Part shown: positions 28,383 to 44,053 of the stretch, piece after piece
Position numbering within the stretch: the first letter of the stretch is position 1
How the letters are laid out: each line of letters opens with the position of its first letter
Source: Deltaproteobacteria bacterium
GTDB lineage: Bacteria > Myxococcota > Kuafuiibacteriia > Kuafuiibacteriales > Kuafuiibacteriaceae
NCBI GenBank assembly: GCA_040218735.1
Contig: JAVJQW010000061.1
Coordinates: forward strand, 1 to 64,000
Direction of reading: 5' to 3'
DNA length: 64,000 nucleotides
Program-made: the position numbers and the translations under genes
Notes under the pieces: generated by a model
The model's database searches: none
What the model was told of the DNA's origin: nothing
The model's input: only the letters and a program-made list of their open reading frames with translations

Positions 28383-29519
28383 TCACGGACGGAGCTCGAG
28401 CAGCCACCCGTCGGTCGGGGCGCGGAAGTCGGGCTGCTGCAGCCCACCGAAGAGCCGGTAACCCCCCGCGACTCGATCGTGCCCGAGTCCGGCGAACCCG
28501 CGCGCCGCGGGTGCGCCGTTCGGAGCCGCCGGGGTCAGCTCCGTCCATCGATCCGTCGATGCGTCGAACAGCCACACGTCGTCGAAGTCGGCGACCTCGC
28601 GGGTGCCCCCCACGAGGACCCATTCACGTCGCTCGGGGTCGAAGGCGTCGGCCGAGAAGCGTCGGGGGGCGGGGCGCGGACCGTCGCGCGGGAGCTCTCG
28701 CCACTGCACACCGTCGAAGGACCACATGTCGTCGAGCGGTTCGGCCTCGTCCGGCGGGAAGACCCGCGAAGCGCCTCCGAAGACGAGGACGCGCCCGCCA
28801 TCGCCGGGATCGAACGTCATCATCGCGTCCTGACGACCGGGGGGCGCCGTGCTCGCGGTCGCGACGATGGAGAAGCTGCGGTCCACGGGATCGTAGGCGT
28901 AGGTCCGGCGGTCGTAGGTTCGGGCGCCACCGCCGAACACGATCGCGCGGCCACCGCCGGGCATCGTGGGCATCCAAGCGGCGCCGCAGCCGGTCACACC
29001 CGCGGGGAGTGTGCCGCCGATGGGGAGCCAACGCCCGCCCACGATGTCGAGGGTCCAGGCCGCGGGCCGCAGGGGTCCGGCGTCATCGCGGCCGCCGACG
29101 ATCAGGAGCTCACGCTGCTCCGGCAGGTACGTCGCGCAGTAGCAGTACCGAGGCGCTGGAGCTCCGGGCGCCGACACCTCGGTCCAGACGTCGCTCGTGA
29201 AGTCGAAGACCCAGAGCTCGGCGACGGAGGCGCCTTCGGGGTACTGAGACCCGCCGAAGGTGAACAAGAGGTCCGAATCCGGTGCGAGCACGGGTCGAAT
29301 GCCCCAACGACCGCCCGGGGTGGTGGGTGGCGTACCGGAACGCGGGGTCCACACCGGCGCGAGCGGCCGAGCGACGGCACCGGCGTCGTGTTCACCGGCG
29401 TCACGGGTCTCGAACCCGGCGTCTTGGGATGTCGACGTCGCGCTGTCGTCTGCGGACCCGCACGCGGCGAGGACGACACAACCGACGCCTGTCAGAAAAC
29501 GAACGAACCGGAGCAGCAT
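28383..29519 (-). CDS. Kelch-repeat lipoprotein
   Basis: VLAAC lipobox; six repeats of (F/V)GG...(W/Y).(F/L/Y)D....W; xDAG tether. Confidence 0.85.
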   Translation of the reverse strand: MLLRFVRFLTGVGCVVLAACGSADDSATSTSQDAGFETRDAGEHDAGAVARPLAPVWTPRSGTPPTTPGGRWGIRPVLAPDSDLLFTFGGSQYPEGASVAELWVFDFTSDVWTEVSAPGAPAPRYCYCATYLPEQRELLIVGGRDDAGPLRPAAWTLDIVGGRWLPIGGTLPAGVTGCGAAWMPTMPGGGRAIVFGGGARTYDRRTYAYDPVDRSFSIVATASTAPPGRQDAMMTFDPGDGGRVLVFGGASRVFPPDEAEPLDDMWSFDGVQWRELPRDGPRPAPRRFSADAFDPERREWVLVGGTREVADFDDVWLFDASTDRWTELTPAAPNGAPAARGFAGLGHDRVAGGYRLFGGLQQPDFRAPTDGWLLELRP

Positions 29520-29600
29520 TCCGTCCGTCCACGCAAGACGCGGGCCGACGCGCGCGCGTGGCTGACGAATCCTGAACTGCGTGCGCGGCGTCAGCGTGAG

Positions 29601-31397
<1,797 letters not shown>

Positions 31398-31531
31398 GGC
31401 GACTCGGAGCGGCACATTAACAAGCGGGGTGCGGGCGTCGAGGGGGTTGTGATGGGGCCCTGCGGATTTCATTGGGGATAGCACCCGGAGGGTGTGCCTG
31501 TGCTAGCGTCGGCTGGGTCGTGTTGCCGGAC

Positions 31532-33805
31532 GTGCGTGACATCCGTTCGCTGGCGCTCGTCGCCCTCCTCTTGGCCGCGTGCGGCTCGGTGGAGCCCCAG
31601 CCGCGGCGCATCACCGTCCAGATCGTCGGGGACGGCGCCGGTACGGTGAGCTCGAACGTAGGCGGGCTGGACTGCCCCGACGTGTGTTCGATCGACGTCG
31701 AGTCCGGGGCGACGCTCACCTTGGAGGCGGAGGCGGCCGTGGGGTCCGCGTTCGTGGGGTTCGACGTCGCGGCGTGCGGTTCCGACGCGAGCTGCGCCTT
31801 CGAGGTCACCGGCGCGCGCACGGTGACGGCGCGGTTCGAGCTGCGTCGGGCGAGGCTCTCGGTGGTGCGCGCGGGCGACGGCGGGGGAACGGTGACCTCG
31901 GCGCCCGCAGGGATCGACTGCGGCGCGACGTGCTCCGCGGAGCTACCTATCGGCACGTCCGTCACGCTGACCGCGACGCCGGAAGCCAACGCGCGCTTCG
32001 GGAGCTGGAGCGCGCCGTGCGCCGACGCGACCGGCGACTGTGTCTTCGCGTTGAACGAAGACACCGAGGTCCGCGCCACGTTCGACGACCGCTTCGCGAC
32101 CCTCGGCGTGGTCTTCGCGGGCAGCGGTACGGGCGAGGTCCGCGATGACGGCGATCTCGTGTGCACGTCCACGACCGCGCAGTGCGAGGCCTCGTACGAA
32201 GTCGGGACGCGCGTCACGCTGACGGCGACCCCCGGCCCAGCGACGACGTTCGTAGGCTGGAGTGACTCCGACGTGTGCTCCGGCCGACAGCCCTGCACGT
32301 TGCCGCTGCAGCGCAGCCAATCCGTAACCGCGACCTTCGAAGGCATCACCCACGCGCTCACCGTCAGCCGCAGCGGTCCCGGACGCGGCGCAGTCGTGTC
32401 GGCGAATGGCGCGATCGATTGCGGCGCCGCGTGCACGGCCGACTTCGCCGCCGGCGCGACAATCGAGCTCACGGCGACGCCGAACCGCCACTACCGCTTC
32501 GTCCGCTGGACCGGCGCCTGCGCCGGCGCCGCGCCGACGTGCGAGATCACGATGGACACCGCCAAGAGCGTCGACGCCGAGCTCGAGTTCACGCCGAAGC
32601 TCGCCACCGGCTTCCGCCACGCCTGCGCCACCTCCACCGACGGCCGCCTCCGCTGCTGGGGCGCTAACGACTTCGGCCAGCTCGGGTACGGCCACGTCTT
32701 CGACGTCGGCGCCACGCCTACGCGCACCGCGATGACGGAGGGCGACGTCCCGATCGACGTGCCCGTGGAGAGCGTCGCGCTCGGCTTCGATCACACGTGT
32801 GTGTTGCTGGTCGGCGGGGCCGTGCGCTGCTGGGGCCGAGGGAGCGAGGGGCAGCTGGGTTACGGGGACGCGATGTCACGCGGCGGTCAGCTCGATTCGC
32901 TGCCGCGCTTGCTCGATGACGTCTCCCTGTCCGGGCTGGCCGTGGAGGTGACGGCGGGTTCGGAGCACTCCTGTGTGTTGCTCGCTGACCGCAACGTGCA
33001 GTGCTGGGGCGCTAACACGCGCGGGGCGCTGGGCTACGGGGAGATCGACTACGTGGGGCGCGAAGCCGGCTCCATTCCGTCAGCGGCCGGCTTCGTGCCG
33101 ATGGGTCAGCCGGTTCAGCAGCTGGTCTCGGGCTCGCGATTCAACTGCGCGCTCCTCGCCGATTCGACGCTGAGATGTTGGGGCGGCAATCAGTCGGGGC
33201 AACTGGGTTATGGCGATCGCGATAACCGAGGCGACGACACCAACGAGACCCCGGGACAACTTCCGCCGGTTCCGGTGGGAGCGCCCGTCGCCTATGTCAC
33301 GGCGAACAACGGAGCGCACGTCTGCGCAGCACTCGTCGGCGGTGACCTGAAGTGCTGGGGATTGGGAATCGAAGGGCGCCTCGGGTACGGAAACAACAAC
33401 GATGTCGGCGCTGACGCGACGGTGCCGAGTACACTGGGCGGCGTACAGATTGGATGGAACGACTACGATGTCCTCGCGGGCGGAGCCCACACGTGCGCGC
33501 GATCGAGCGCGGGCGCGCTCCGATGTTGGGGCTGGAATTCGACAGGGCAGCTGGGCTACGGCGACGCGGCCAATCGAGGGGACACACCTGCGACGATTCC
33601 CGCGAGTACTCTCGCCGTCGATGTCGGCCGTGGGGTCATCGAAGTCCGGCCCGGCGGCACCTTCACCTGTGCGCGGGTCGTGGGCGGCAACGTGCTCTGC
33701 TGGGGCGAAAACAACCGTGGCCAGCTCGGGCTCGGTGACACGATGACGCGCGGACACACGGCGGGCACGGTGCCTTCGATGCTACCGGCGGTCGCGATCT
33801 TCTGA
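31532..33805 (+). CDS. Lipoprotein with four InlB B-repeat-like (Flg_new-like) domains and RCC1 repeats
   Basis: LLAAC lipobox; GxGTVxS..GIDCG..C..VTLTATP..F..W repeats; HxC.....G..RCWG.N..GQLGYG repeated about 7 times. Confidence 0.88.
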   Translation: MRDIRSLALVALLLAACGSVEPQPRRITVQIVGDGAGTVSSNVGGLDCPDVCSIDVESGATLTLEAEAAVGSAFVGFDVAACGSDASCAFEVTGARTVTARFELRRARLSVVRAGDGGGTVTSAPAGIDCGATCSAELPIGTSVTLTATPEANARFGSWSAPCADATGDCVFALNEDTEVRATFDDRFATLGVVFAGSGTGEVRDDGDLVCTSTTAQCEASYEVGTRVTLTATPGPATTFVGWSDSDVCSGRQPCTLPLQRSQSVTATFEGITHALTVSRSGPGRGAVVSANGAIDCGAACTADFAAGATIELTATPNRHYRFVRWTGACAGAAPTCEITMDTAKSVDAELEFTPKLATGFRHACATSTDGRLRCWGANDFGQLGYGHVFDVGATPTRTAMTEGDVPIDVPVESVALGFDHTCVLLVGGAVRCWGRGSEGQLGYGDAMSRGGQLDSLPRLLDDVSLSGLAVEVTAGSEHSCVLLADRNVQCWGANTRGALGYGEIDYVGREAGSIPSAAGFVPMGQPVQQLVSGSRFNCALLADSTLRCWGGNQSGQLGYGDRDNRGDDTNETPGQLPPVPVGAPVAYVTANNGAHVCAALVGGDLKCWGLGIEGRLGYGNNNDVGADATVPSTLGGVQIGWNDYDVLAGGAHTCARSSAGALRCWGWNSTGQLGYGDAANRGDTPATIPASTLAVDVGRGVIEVRPGGTFTCARVVGGNVLCWGENNRGQLGLGDTMTRGHTAGTVPSMLPAVAIF

Positions 33806-33813
33806 GGCCACGC

Positions 33814-34920
33814 TTGAAACGTCCCGGACCCCGGAGCCTAGTCGTCGGCGCCTGTATCGTGGCGCTGCTGCTGTTTGAAGGCGGGCTGCGCCTGTTCGCG
33901 CCGCTCGAGGATCCGTTCTGGCGCGAGCGCAGCGTCGAAATCGAATCGTATATCCCGCGACGACACGAGCCTGACTTCCGACTCGAGATCGAGCCCGAGC
34001 CCGGACTCCCGGGCGTCGCGGGGCGGCGTGTCTTCGAAACGAATGGCCAAGGTTTCGTCGGACCCGCGATCGATCGCCAACCCCGCCCCAACGAGAAGCG
34101 TGTGTTCCTCTTCGGCGGGTCCACGATGGAGTGCGTGGTCGTCGGCAACGAGCACAACCCCGCGCGGCTCGTCGCAGACCGACTCGAGACCGCAACTTCG
34201 ACGGTGAAGTGGAACGTCCAGAACACGGCGCACTCCGGCGACGTGAGCTTCGACCACATCGCGATGCTCGTGCATCGGGCGCTTCACTTCCGCCCGGATG
34301 TCGTCGTGATGCTGGTGGGTGCAAACGACGTCAACGCGTCACTCCGCAGCGCTGACTACAGCCACGGAGCGCCGAAGCGCCGCCACTTCGATCTGAAGAC
34401 TGTCTTTCGACTCACATCGACGGAGCTTCACGTCGGCCGACTCCTCGTCGGTACACTCACCAACGCCCCACTTCGTTTCGCGACACGCGATTCCGCGACA
34501 CGGACGAAGTACCGCGCAACCGCGGCGCGATGTCGGGCCAACGAGACGAAACCGTACGACGCCTCCCAGCTGGCCCTCGCCTCCTTCGAGCGCAACCTCC
34601 GAACCTTCGTGGCTTCAGCACAAGCGAACGGTGCGCAGGTCGTGCTCGCCACTCAACCCCACGCTCTTCAGGTCGAGGCCCTCGATGCCTGGCACTGGTT
34701 CGGATGTTCCGGACAAGGCCGCTACGCAAAAGCCGACCTCGTCGACGCCATGCATCGCATCAACGAAGTCACTCGCCGGGTCGCCTCCGAGACAAACGCG
34801 ACGCTCGTCGACCTCGCCGCGGCATCGATGACGGCGGAGCACTTCTACGACACGATCCACTACAACGACGCAGGCGCCGCATTCATCTCCGACAAGGTCG
34901 CCGAAGCGATTCAGCGCTAA
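33814..34920 (+). CDS. SGNH/GDSL hydrolase family protein
   Basis: N-terminal TM helix, FGGST, GAND, DTIHYNDAG. Confidence 0.85.
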   Translation: MKRPGPRSLVVGACIVALLLFEGGLRLFAPLEDPFWRERSVEIESYIPRRHEPDFRLEIEPEPGLPGVAGRRVFETNGQGFVGPAIDRQPRPNEKRVFLFGGSTMECVVVGNEHNPARLVADRLETATSTVKWNVQNTAHSGDVSFDHIAMLVHRALHFRPDVVVMLVGANDVNASLRSADYSHGAPKRRHFDLKTVFRLTSTELHVGRLLVGTLTNAPLRFATRDSATRTKYRATAARCRANETKPYDASQLALASFERNLRTFVASAQANGAQVVLATQPHALQVEALDAWHWFGCSGQGRYAKADLVDAMHRINEVTRRVASETNATLVDLAAASMTAEHFYDTIHYNDAGAAFISDKVAEAIQR

Positions 34921-36317
34921 CCCATCAGCTCTGCCAGCGGGCCCGGCGCTCGCCTCGACGGGCCCTCGGCGCCGAACTCGTCGAGGGCCTCGCCGGCCCA
35001 GTAGCCGATCGTGTTCCACAGGTTCGAGACCTGGCGGTGGCCGTCCGAGGAGAGGCCTGGGTAGACGACGGTCTGGCCGGCGGCGTGGCCGAGGGCGCCG
35101 CCGCCGATGACCACGATCGGGAACTCCGAGGCGGTGGAGTGGTGCTGCTCGCCGTTGTCGCCGATGAAGACGATCGCGGTGTGGTCGAGCATCGTGCCGT
35201 CGTTCTCCGGGACGGCGTCGAGCGCCGACGCCATCTGCGCGATCGTCGCGAACTGGCGGCGCGTGACCTCGTGGATCGCGTCGCGGTAGGTCGCGTTGCC
35301 GCCCGAGCCGTGGTGGAGGTCGTGCCTGCCGACGCTGCTCACCGACGAGTAGGTCATGTTGAACGCGCCGCCTGTGCCGCTCCCGACCACCGCGACGTTC
35401 GTCAACCCGCCTTGCAACGCCGCCGTCGCCAACTGCATCTGGGCCGCGAAGCGATCCAACGGATCACCCGCGTAGAGCGGGTTCGTGTCCGGCGGCTCCG
35501 GGCGCGCCGCTTCGAGCTGTGTCTCGAGCGACAACAACCGCTCGTGCCGTCGCGTCAGCTCCTCCAGCGACTCCAGGTACCGCTCCAGCTTCAGCCGCTC
35601 GCGCCCGCTCCCCGAGAACGCTGCGAGCGAGCGCTGCACGTCGCCCGCTGCGTAGTCCAACAGCCCGCGCCGCCGCGCGAACGACGCGCGGCTCCCCGCG
35701 TCGCCGACCGAGCCGAACAGGCTGTCGAACGCCGAGCGCGGCTGCAGGATCATCGGCGCCCCGCGGCCCTTCTCGTAAGCGCAGGTCCCGAAGTCGAGCG
35801 GGCTGTTGCTCGAGTTGAGCCCGAGCCGCACGGCATCGAACGGCGCCCCGTCGCGCACCCCCTCGATCGCCGCGACGTGGGCGTCGATCGTCGGCCCGCC
35901 CGGCGCGCCGCCGACGGTGCGCGACGAGCTCAACGCCCCGTGCGACGCCGAGTGCCCACCGCCGACGATCCGCGACGACAACCCGAACACGACCGAAGTC
36001 TTCGCCGCCAGTTCGGGCGTCAACGCACCGAGCGCCGGCGCCCCCGCGAAGTCGTCCGCGACCACCAGCGGCGCGTCGTGCCGGTACGACCGGTACCACC
36101 ACCGCTGGTTGCCGATGTCCGCCGTCGCCTGGATCGCCGCACGCCCCGCGTCGGAGAGCATCGTGATCGGTTCGAAGCAGTTGCCCTCGACCACGAACAC
36201 GAACCGCCGCGGCATCCCCGGATCACCGCGCGCGATGCGCGATACGAGCGGACCGCACAGCGCCGCGCCGGCGCCGAGGCCCATCGCCTTCAACCACTGT
36301 CGTCGCGTCGTACGCAT
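34917..36317 (-). CDS. DUF1552 domain protein (Tat substrate)
   Basis: MRTTRRQWLK Tat signal; PRRFVF, TIDAHVA, KLERYLESL, VPENDGTMLDHT, GEQHHS. Confidence 0.85.
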   Translation of the reverse strand: MRTTRRQWLKAMGLGAGAALCGPLVSRIARGDPGMPRRFVFVVEGNCFEPITMLSDAGRAAIQATADIGNQRWWYRSYRHDAPLVVADDFAGAPALGALTPELAAKTSVVFGLSSRIVGGGHSASHGALSSSRTVGGAPGGPTIDAHVAAIEGVRDGAPFDAVRLGLNSSNSPLDFGTCAYEKGRGAPMILQPRSAFDSLFGSVGDAGSRASFARRRGLLDYAAGDVQRSLAAFSGSGRERLKLERYLESLEELTRRHERLLSLETQLEAARPEPPDTNPLYAGDPLDRFAAQMQLATAALQGGLTNVAVVGSGTGGAFNMTYSSVSSVGRHDLHHGSGGNATYRDAIHEVTRRQFATIAQMASALDAVPENDGTMLDHTAIVFIGDNGEQHHSTASEFPIVVIGGGALGHAAGQTVVYPGLSSDGHRQVSNLWNTIGYWAGEALDEFGAEGPSRRAPGPLAELMG

Positions 36318-38788
36318 CACTCGCCCTCCTCCACGTGCCGGAAGCGGAAGCTGCTGCTCGTCACCAGCGCGTCGAGCATCGCGAAGAACGAGCCGCCCTC
36401 GAACGCCGTCTCCATCGACGCGAGCGTGCACGCGTCGGCCATCGTCTCGTCGCGCCCCATGAAGTAGCGGAACGCGTGCCGCACGAAACACCGGCGCGCG
36501 TACGGCGAGTCCGCGATCATCTGCGACAGCTCCACCGCGTCCTGCACCGAACCGGCGAGCGACGGGTCCGGCGCCTCCGCGATCGTGCTCGATCCGTCGG
36601 GCGTCTGCCCGTGGTCCGAAGCGCGCGGGAAGCCGGCGTGGTTGTAGACCTCGAACGGCATCCCCAGCGAATTCATCAAGCGGTGGCACCCCATACACGT
36701 CGCAGCCTGGTCGCCCTCCTCGATGCTCATGCGGATGCGATCCCGCGCGCGGAGGTTCGGCGCGCTCGGCACGAGCTGCGCTTCGACCCGCACCAGATCC
36801 AACCCCGGCACCGTCTCGCAGTAGAGGTGCTCGCGGATCCACCGACCGCGGTGAATCGCGCTCGCGTCGTCCTCGAAGTTTCCGCCGTGCGCCGTCAGCC
36901 ACGTCGGGTGCGTGAGCACACCCGCGCGTGCCCCCTCCGGCATCGTCACCCAGCGCCCGTTCTGCGTGTTGGGCACGTTGCCGTCGAGCCCGTACACCCG
37001 CTGCGCCGAAGCATGGGCGTTGCTCGTGCTGCCGCTGCAGCTCCCGTTGCCCGCCTGGCAGCGCGTGTTTCCGCTGACACCCGAGCAGTCCGAGTCCGAC
37101 TGGCAGGCCACGCCGCTGCTCGCCATCAGGTTGGAAGGCAGCCGCCACGTGCGCTCCGTGAAGAGCGCCGCGAACACGTCCTCGCCGTTCGACTCCGCGT
37201 CGATGACGATGCGCGCAATCGTGTCGTCCATCTGCATCACCAGCGTCGACTCGTGCCCGTAGTAGCCGTGCTGCAGGTTGGAGTACGAGATGTCCGCGGT
37301 GCGCTCGTTCTCCCAAGCGCTCGTGGCCGACGGGTGGTCCTTGAACGCGTTGTTCGCGCCGTCGTAGTCGAGCCACTCGCGGAAGAAGCCGCGGATGCGA
37401 TCCGCCAACCAGTACTCACCGCGCGCGAGGTTCTCGCGGCTGTCGGTCTCGAAGGCGAGGTCGCGCCGCTCCTCGTCGACGCCCGCGCGGTACATCGCCA
37501 ACAGCTGCCGCATCTTCGACGGGCTCTGGATCGATCCGTCGTCGGCCGCCGCACGGATCTGCCCGAGCCACCCCAACCCGAGGTTCGAGCGATCCGGATC
37601 CCCCGGCTGGTACGTCCCGTAGTGCGGTAGCGGCGAGCCCGGCGGGTGCGTGCTCAACACGCCGCCGAGCGCCATCGCGAGCTCGTCGTCGGTGAGTCGA
37701 CCCGACGCATCGCCGTGTTCGGATCGGAACAACGCACCGCTCGTCATCCACGCCGCGGACGCCACGTGCTCGAGCGTCGAGCGCCGCTGCGCGACGTCGC
37801 CGCCCTCGGCCGCGAGCGTCGCGACCAACAACGCGCGGAGGTTCGAGCGTTCGTCCGCGGTCGGGTCGCGGAACAACACGCCGTGCGTGAGGAGCAGGTC
37901 GAGGTAGCGGTCGATACACGCGTCGTCCGGCGCGGTGTCGTTGAAGATGCAGCGCAGGTCGCGGTTGCCGTACACACCGACCTTGCGATCCCGCGGGCCA
38001 GGATCCGCTCGGCTCCACAGCGACGCCGCCTGCGGGAGGACGAGCATGTACAGATCGAGCGTCGCCGGATCGACCGACACCCCCGCGCCGTTCGTCGAGT
38101 ACCGCCCCTCGGGAGCGAAGAACGGGTTGTCGTGCGCGAGGGATCCGACGCGATGCCCCGCGGCGTGCGTCCACTCGGTCCGCTCGATGCGCGACAGCCG
38201 CGCCGGTGAGCTCGCGCTCGTGCCGGTGCACGTGAACAGCTCGCCCTGGTCGAGGGTGTTCGGGTCCGTGACGGGCGTGATGTCGATCGGCGTCGGGCAC
38301 TCCGTCGGCGCCCCCGCCTGGATCCACGCCTCGACGATCGTGACGCCCTCGATCGGCTCCGCCGTCCCGATCGGCATGAGCAAGCCACCTTGCGGCCCCT
38401 GCATCCCGGTGATCTTGCGGTACAGCCAGCTCGACGTCGGCTCCCCGGGGACGACCAACGCCTCGGACGGCTGCGCGCGGCTCATCGCGCCGACGATCTG
38501 CGCGAGGTCGCCGGACAGCGTCGGGAACTGCCCGCCCGGGACGTGGCACGCACCGTTGTTCGCGCACGTCGTCGCGAAGAGGGTCGCGACCGGCGTGACC
38601 TCGTCGCAGCTCGGCGGCGTCCCGCCGTCGGTCCCGGGGTTGGCGCCTGGACCGCCGTCGCGGACGACGTTCCCCGGGGTCCCGCCGTCGCGGGCGACGG
38701 GGTCGTCGTCGTCGCCCGAAGGTCCCGAGATCGAGCCCGCCGGGCAGGCGGTCGTGGCGAGCAGCAACGGTAAGGCCCAGCGCTTCAT
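36317..38788 (-). CDS. DUF1588/DUF1592-type c-type cytochrome lipoprotein
   Basis: Lipobox LATTAC; CANNGACH and CMGCH; RAGVLTHPTWL, SAIHRGRWIRE, CFVRHAFRYFMGR; TGATG coupling to the DUF1552 gene. Confidence 0.85.
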   Translation of the reverse strand: MKRWALPLLLATTACPAGSISGPSGDDDDPVARDGGTPGNVVRDGGPGANPGTDGGTPPSCDEVTPVATLFATTCANNGACHVPGGQFPTLSGDLAQIVGAMSRAQPSEALVVPGEPTSSWLYRKITGMQGPQGGLLMPIGTAEPIEGVTIVEAWIQAGAPTECPTPIDITPVTDPNTLDQGELFTCTGTSASSPARLSRIERTEWTHAAGHRVGSLAHDNPFFAPEGRYSTNGAGVSVDPATLDLYMLVLPQAASLWSRADPGPRDRKVGVYGNRDLRCIFNDTAPDDACIDRYLDLLLTHGVLFRDPTADERSNLRALLVATLAAEGGDVAQRRSTLEHVASAAWMTSGALFRSEHGDASGRLTDDELAMALGGVLSTHPPGSPLPHYGTYQPGDPDRSNLGLGWLGQIRAAADDGSIQSPSKMRQLLAMYRAGVDEERRDLAFETDSRENLARGEYWLADRIRGFFREWLDYDGANNAFKDHPSATSAWENERTADISYSNLQHGYYGHESTLVMQMDDTIARIVIDAESNGEDVFAALFTERTWRLPSNLMASSGVACQSDSDCSGVSGNTRCQAGNGSCSGSTSNAHASAQRVYGLDGNVPNTQNGRWVTMPEGARAGVLTHPTWLTAHGGNFEDDASAIHRGRWIREHLYCETVPGLDLVRVEAQLVPSAPNLRARDRIRMSIEEGDQAATCMGCHRLMNSLGMPFEVYNHAGFPRASDHGQTPDGSSTIAEAPDPSLAGSVQDAVELSQMIADSPYARRCFVRHAFRYFMGRDETMADACTLASMETAFEGGSFFAMLDALVTSSSFRFRHVEEGE

Positions 38789-38910
38789 CGCTCGGCCATC
38801 TTGAGAGGGGGTCCGGCGGGCCACAACTTACGCTCCGTGCGCGGGTCGAGATCGGAGTGGGCGATCGATCCCGAAACGGCGTCAGGATCGTATCGCCGCT
38901 GGGGCGATCG

Positions 38911-38922
38911 AATGTTAACATT
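38911..38922. promoter_or_regulatory. Perfect AT-rich palindrome AATGTTAACATT, candidate operator
   Basis: 12-bp perfect inverted repeat in the divergent intergenic region of a GC-rich genome. Confidence 0.45.
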
Positions 38923-39098
38923 GTAACGGTCGTGACGTTCGGATCCGGGAGGCCGGGTACGACACTGTAGGCTCGGTCATCTGACCGAGGCCGCGCAATC
39001 GAAGGAAATCGAGCACTTGGCCCGTAAGAACACGAACGTCCCCCGCCCGTTCGCATCGTGACGACTGGGCACGGGAATTGTAGCTTGGAAGATACCGC

Positions 39099-42985
<3,887 letters not shown>

Positions 42986-42989
<4 letters not shown>

Positions 42990-43945
42990 AACGTCGCAGG
43001 CTCATTCCGATCTGTCTTTTCGCTTTCGCCGCGGCCTGCGGCGGTAACGCCAACGCGCCCGTCGAGGCGGAGCTTCAGCTGATCGATCGGCAGGAAGCGA
43101 AGATCACGGTCACGCCCGCGCTCGAGGTCTCGTCGCTCGTCGACGACGGTCTCGCGTCGCGCATCATCATCGACCAAATCGATCTCAACCTCACCGAGGT
43201 GCGTCTCCTCGGCGCCGACCCGTCCATTCCGGCCGGCGGCCTCGAGCTGCTGGACGCGCCGCGTGTCATCCAGGCCGAAGACGACGTCGAGGCCGCGCTC
43301 GAGCTGCAGTTCCCGGAGCAATACCTCGGCGACGAGGACCTCGCGGTGTACCTGCGGATCGATCGGAGCATCGCGCTCGAGCAGGCGTCGCTCGTGATTC
43401 GCGGTCGCCTCTACACGAACCCCGTCGACGGCGGCGCCTCCGCGCTGACCGCCGACATCGATCCGGACGGCGCGACCGACCCGGACATCGACCCCGCCGA
43501 CGATCCCGACGGCGACGGCACCGACTGCGCGACCGACCCGGACATCGACCCGGCGGACTGCGCGGGCATGTCGACGCGCGGCCTCGTGCAGCGCGGCCTG
43601 TTGAACCCGAGCGTCAGCTTCGAGCTGCGCGATCGTAACTCGGCGGACCTCGTCAGCCAGCTCGGCGACGCCGCTTCGCTCGACGTCGTGGTCGGCATCC
43701 CGGCGAACCGCTGGTTCACGCCGTCGGTGGTCAACCGCCTCGAAGAGGTCCTCGCGACCGAGTCCGTCGGTGGCGTCGTGAACGACACCGAGAAGACGAC
43801 GCGCTCGGAGAACGCGGTCATCGTCGAGGCCGAAGCGGCCGCGAACAGCCGCGGCGGCGCGTGCAGCGCCAACGCCGGCATGAACGGCTGCCGCGACGAC
43901 GTCTTCCTGACGGACGTCCGCGAAGGCCTCAAGGTCCGCCGCTAA
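42986..43945 (+). CDS. Hypothetical lipoprotein with DPDIDP acidic repeats
   Basis: FAAAC lipobox; DIDPDGATDPDIDPADDPDGDGTDCATDPDIDPADC; ATGA overlap with the activator. Confidence 0.75.
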
Positions 43946-44053
43946 AACCTCGGCGCCCCCGCCCGCTCGCCATCGAGAGCTGACCTGCACACGAGACGGC
44001 CGCGCGTCGGCCCTCGGCGCGCGTGCTCGAACCGCGGCCTTGGGCCGCTCAGC

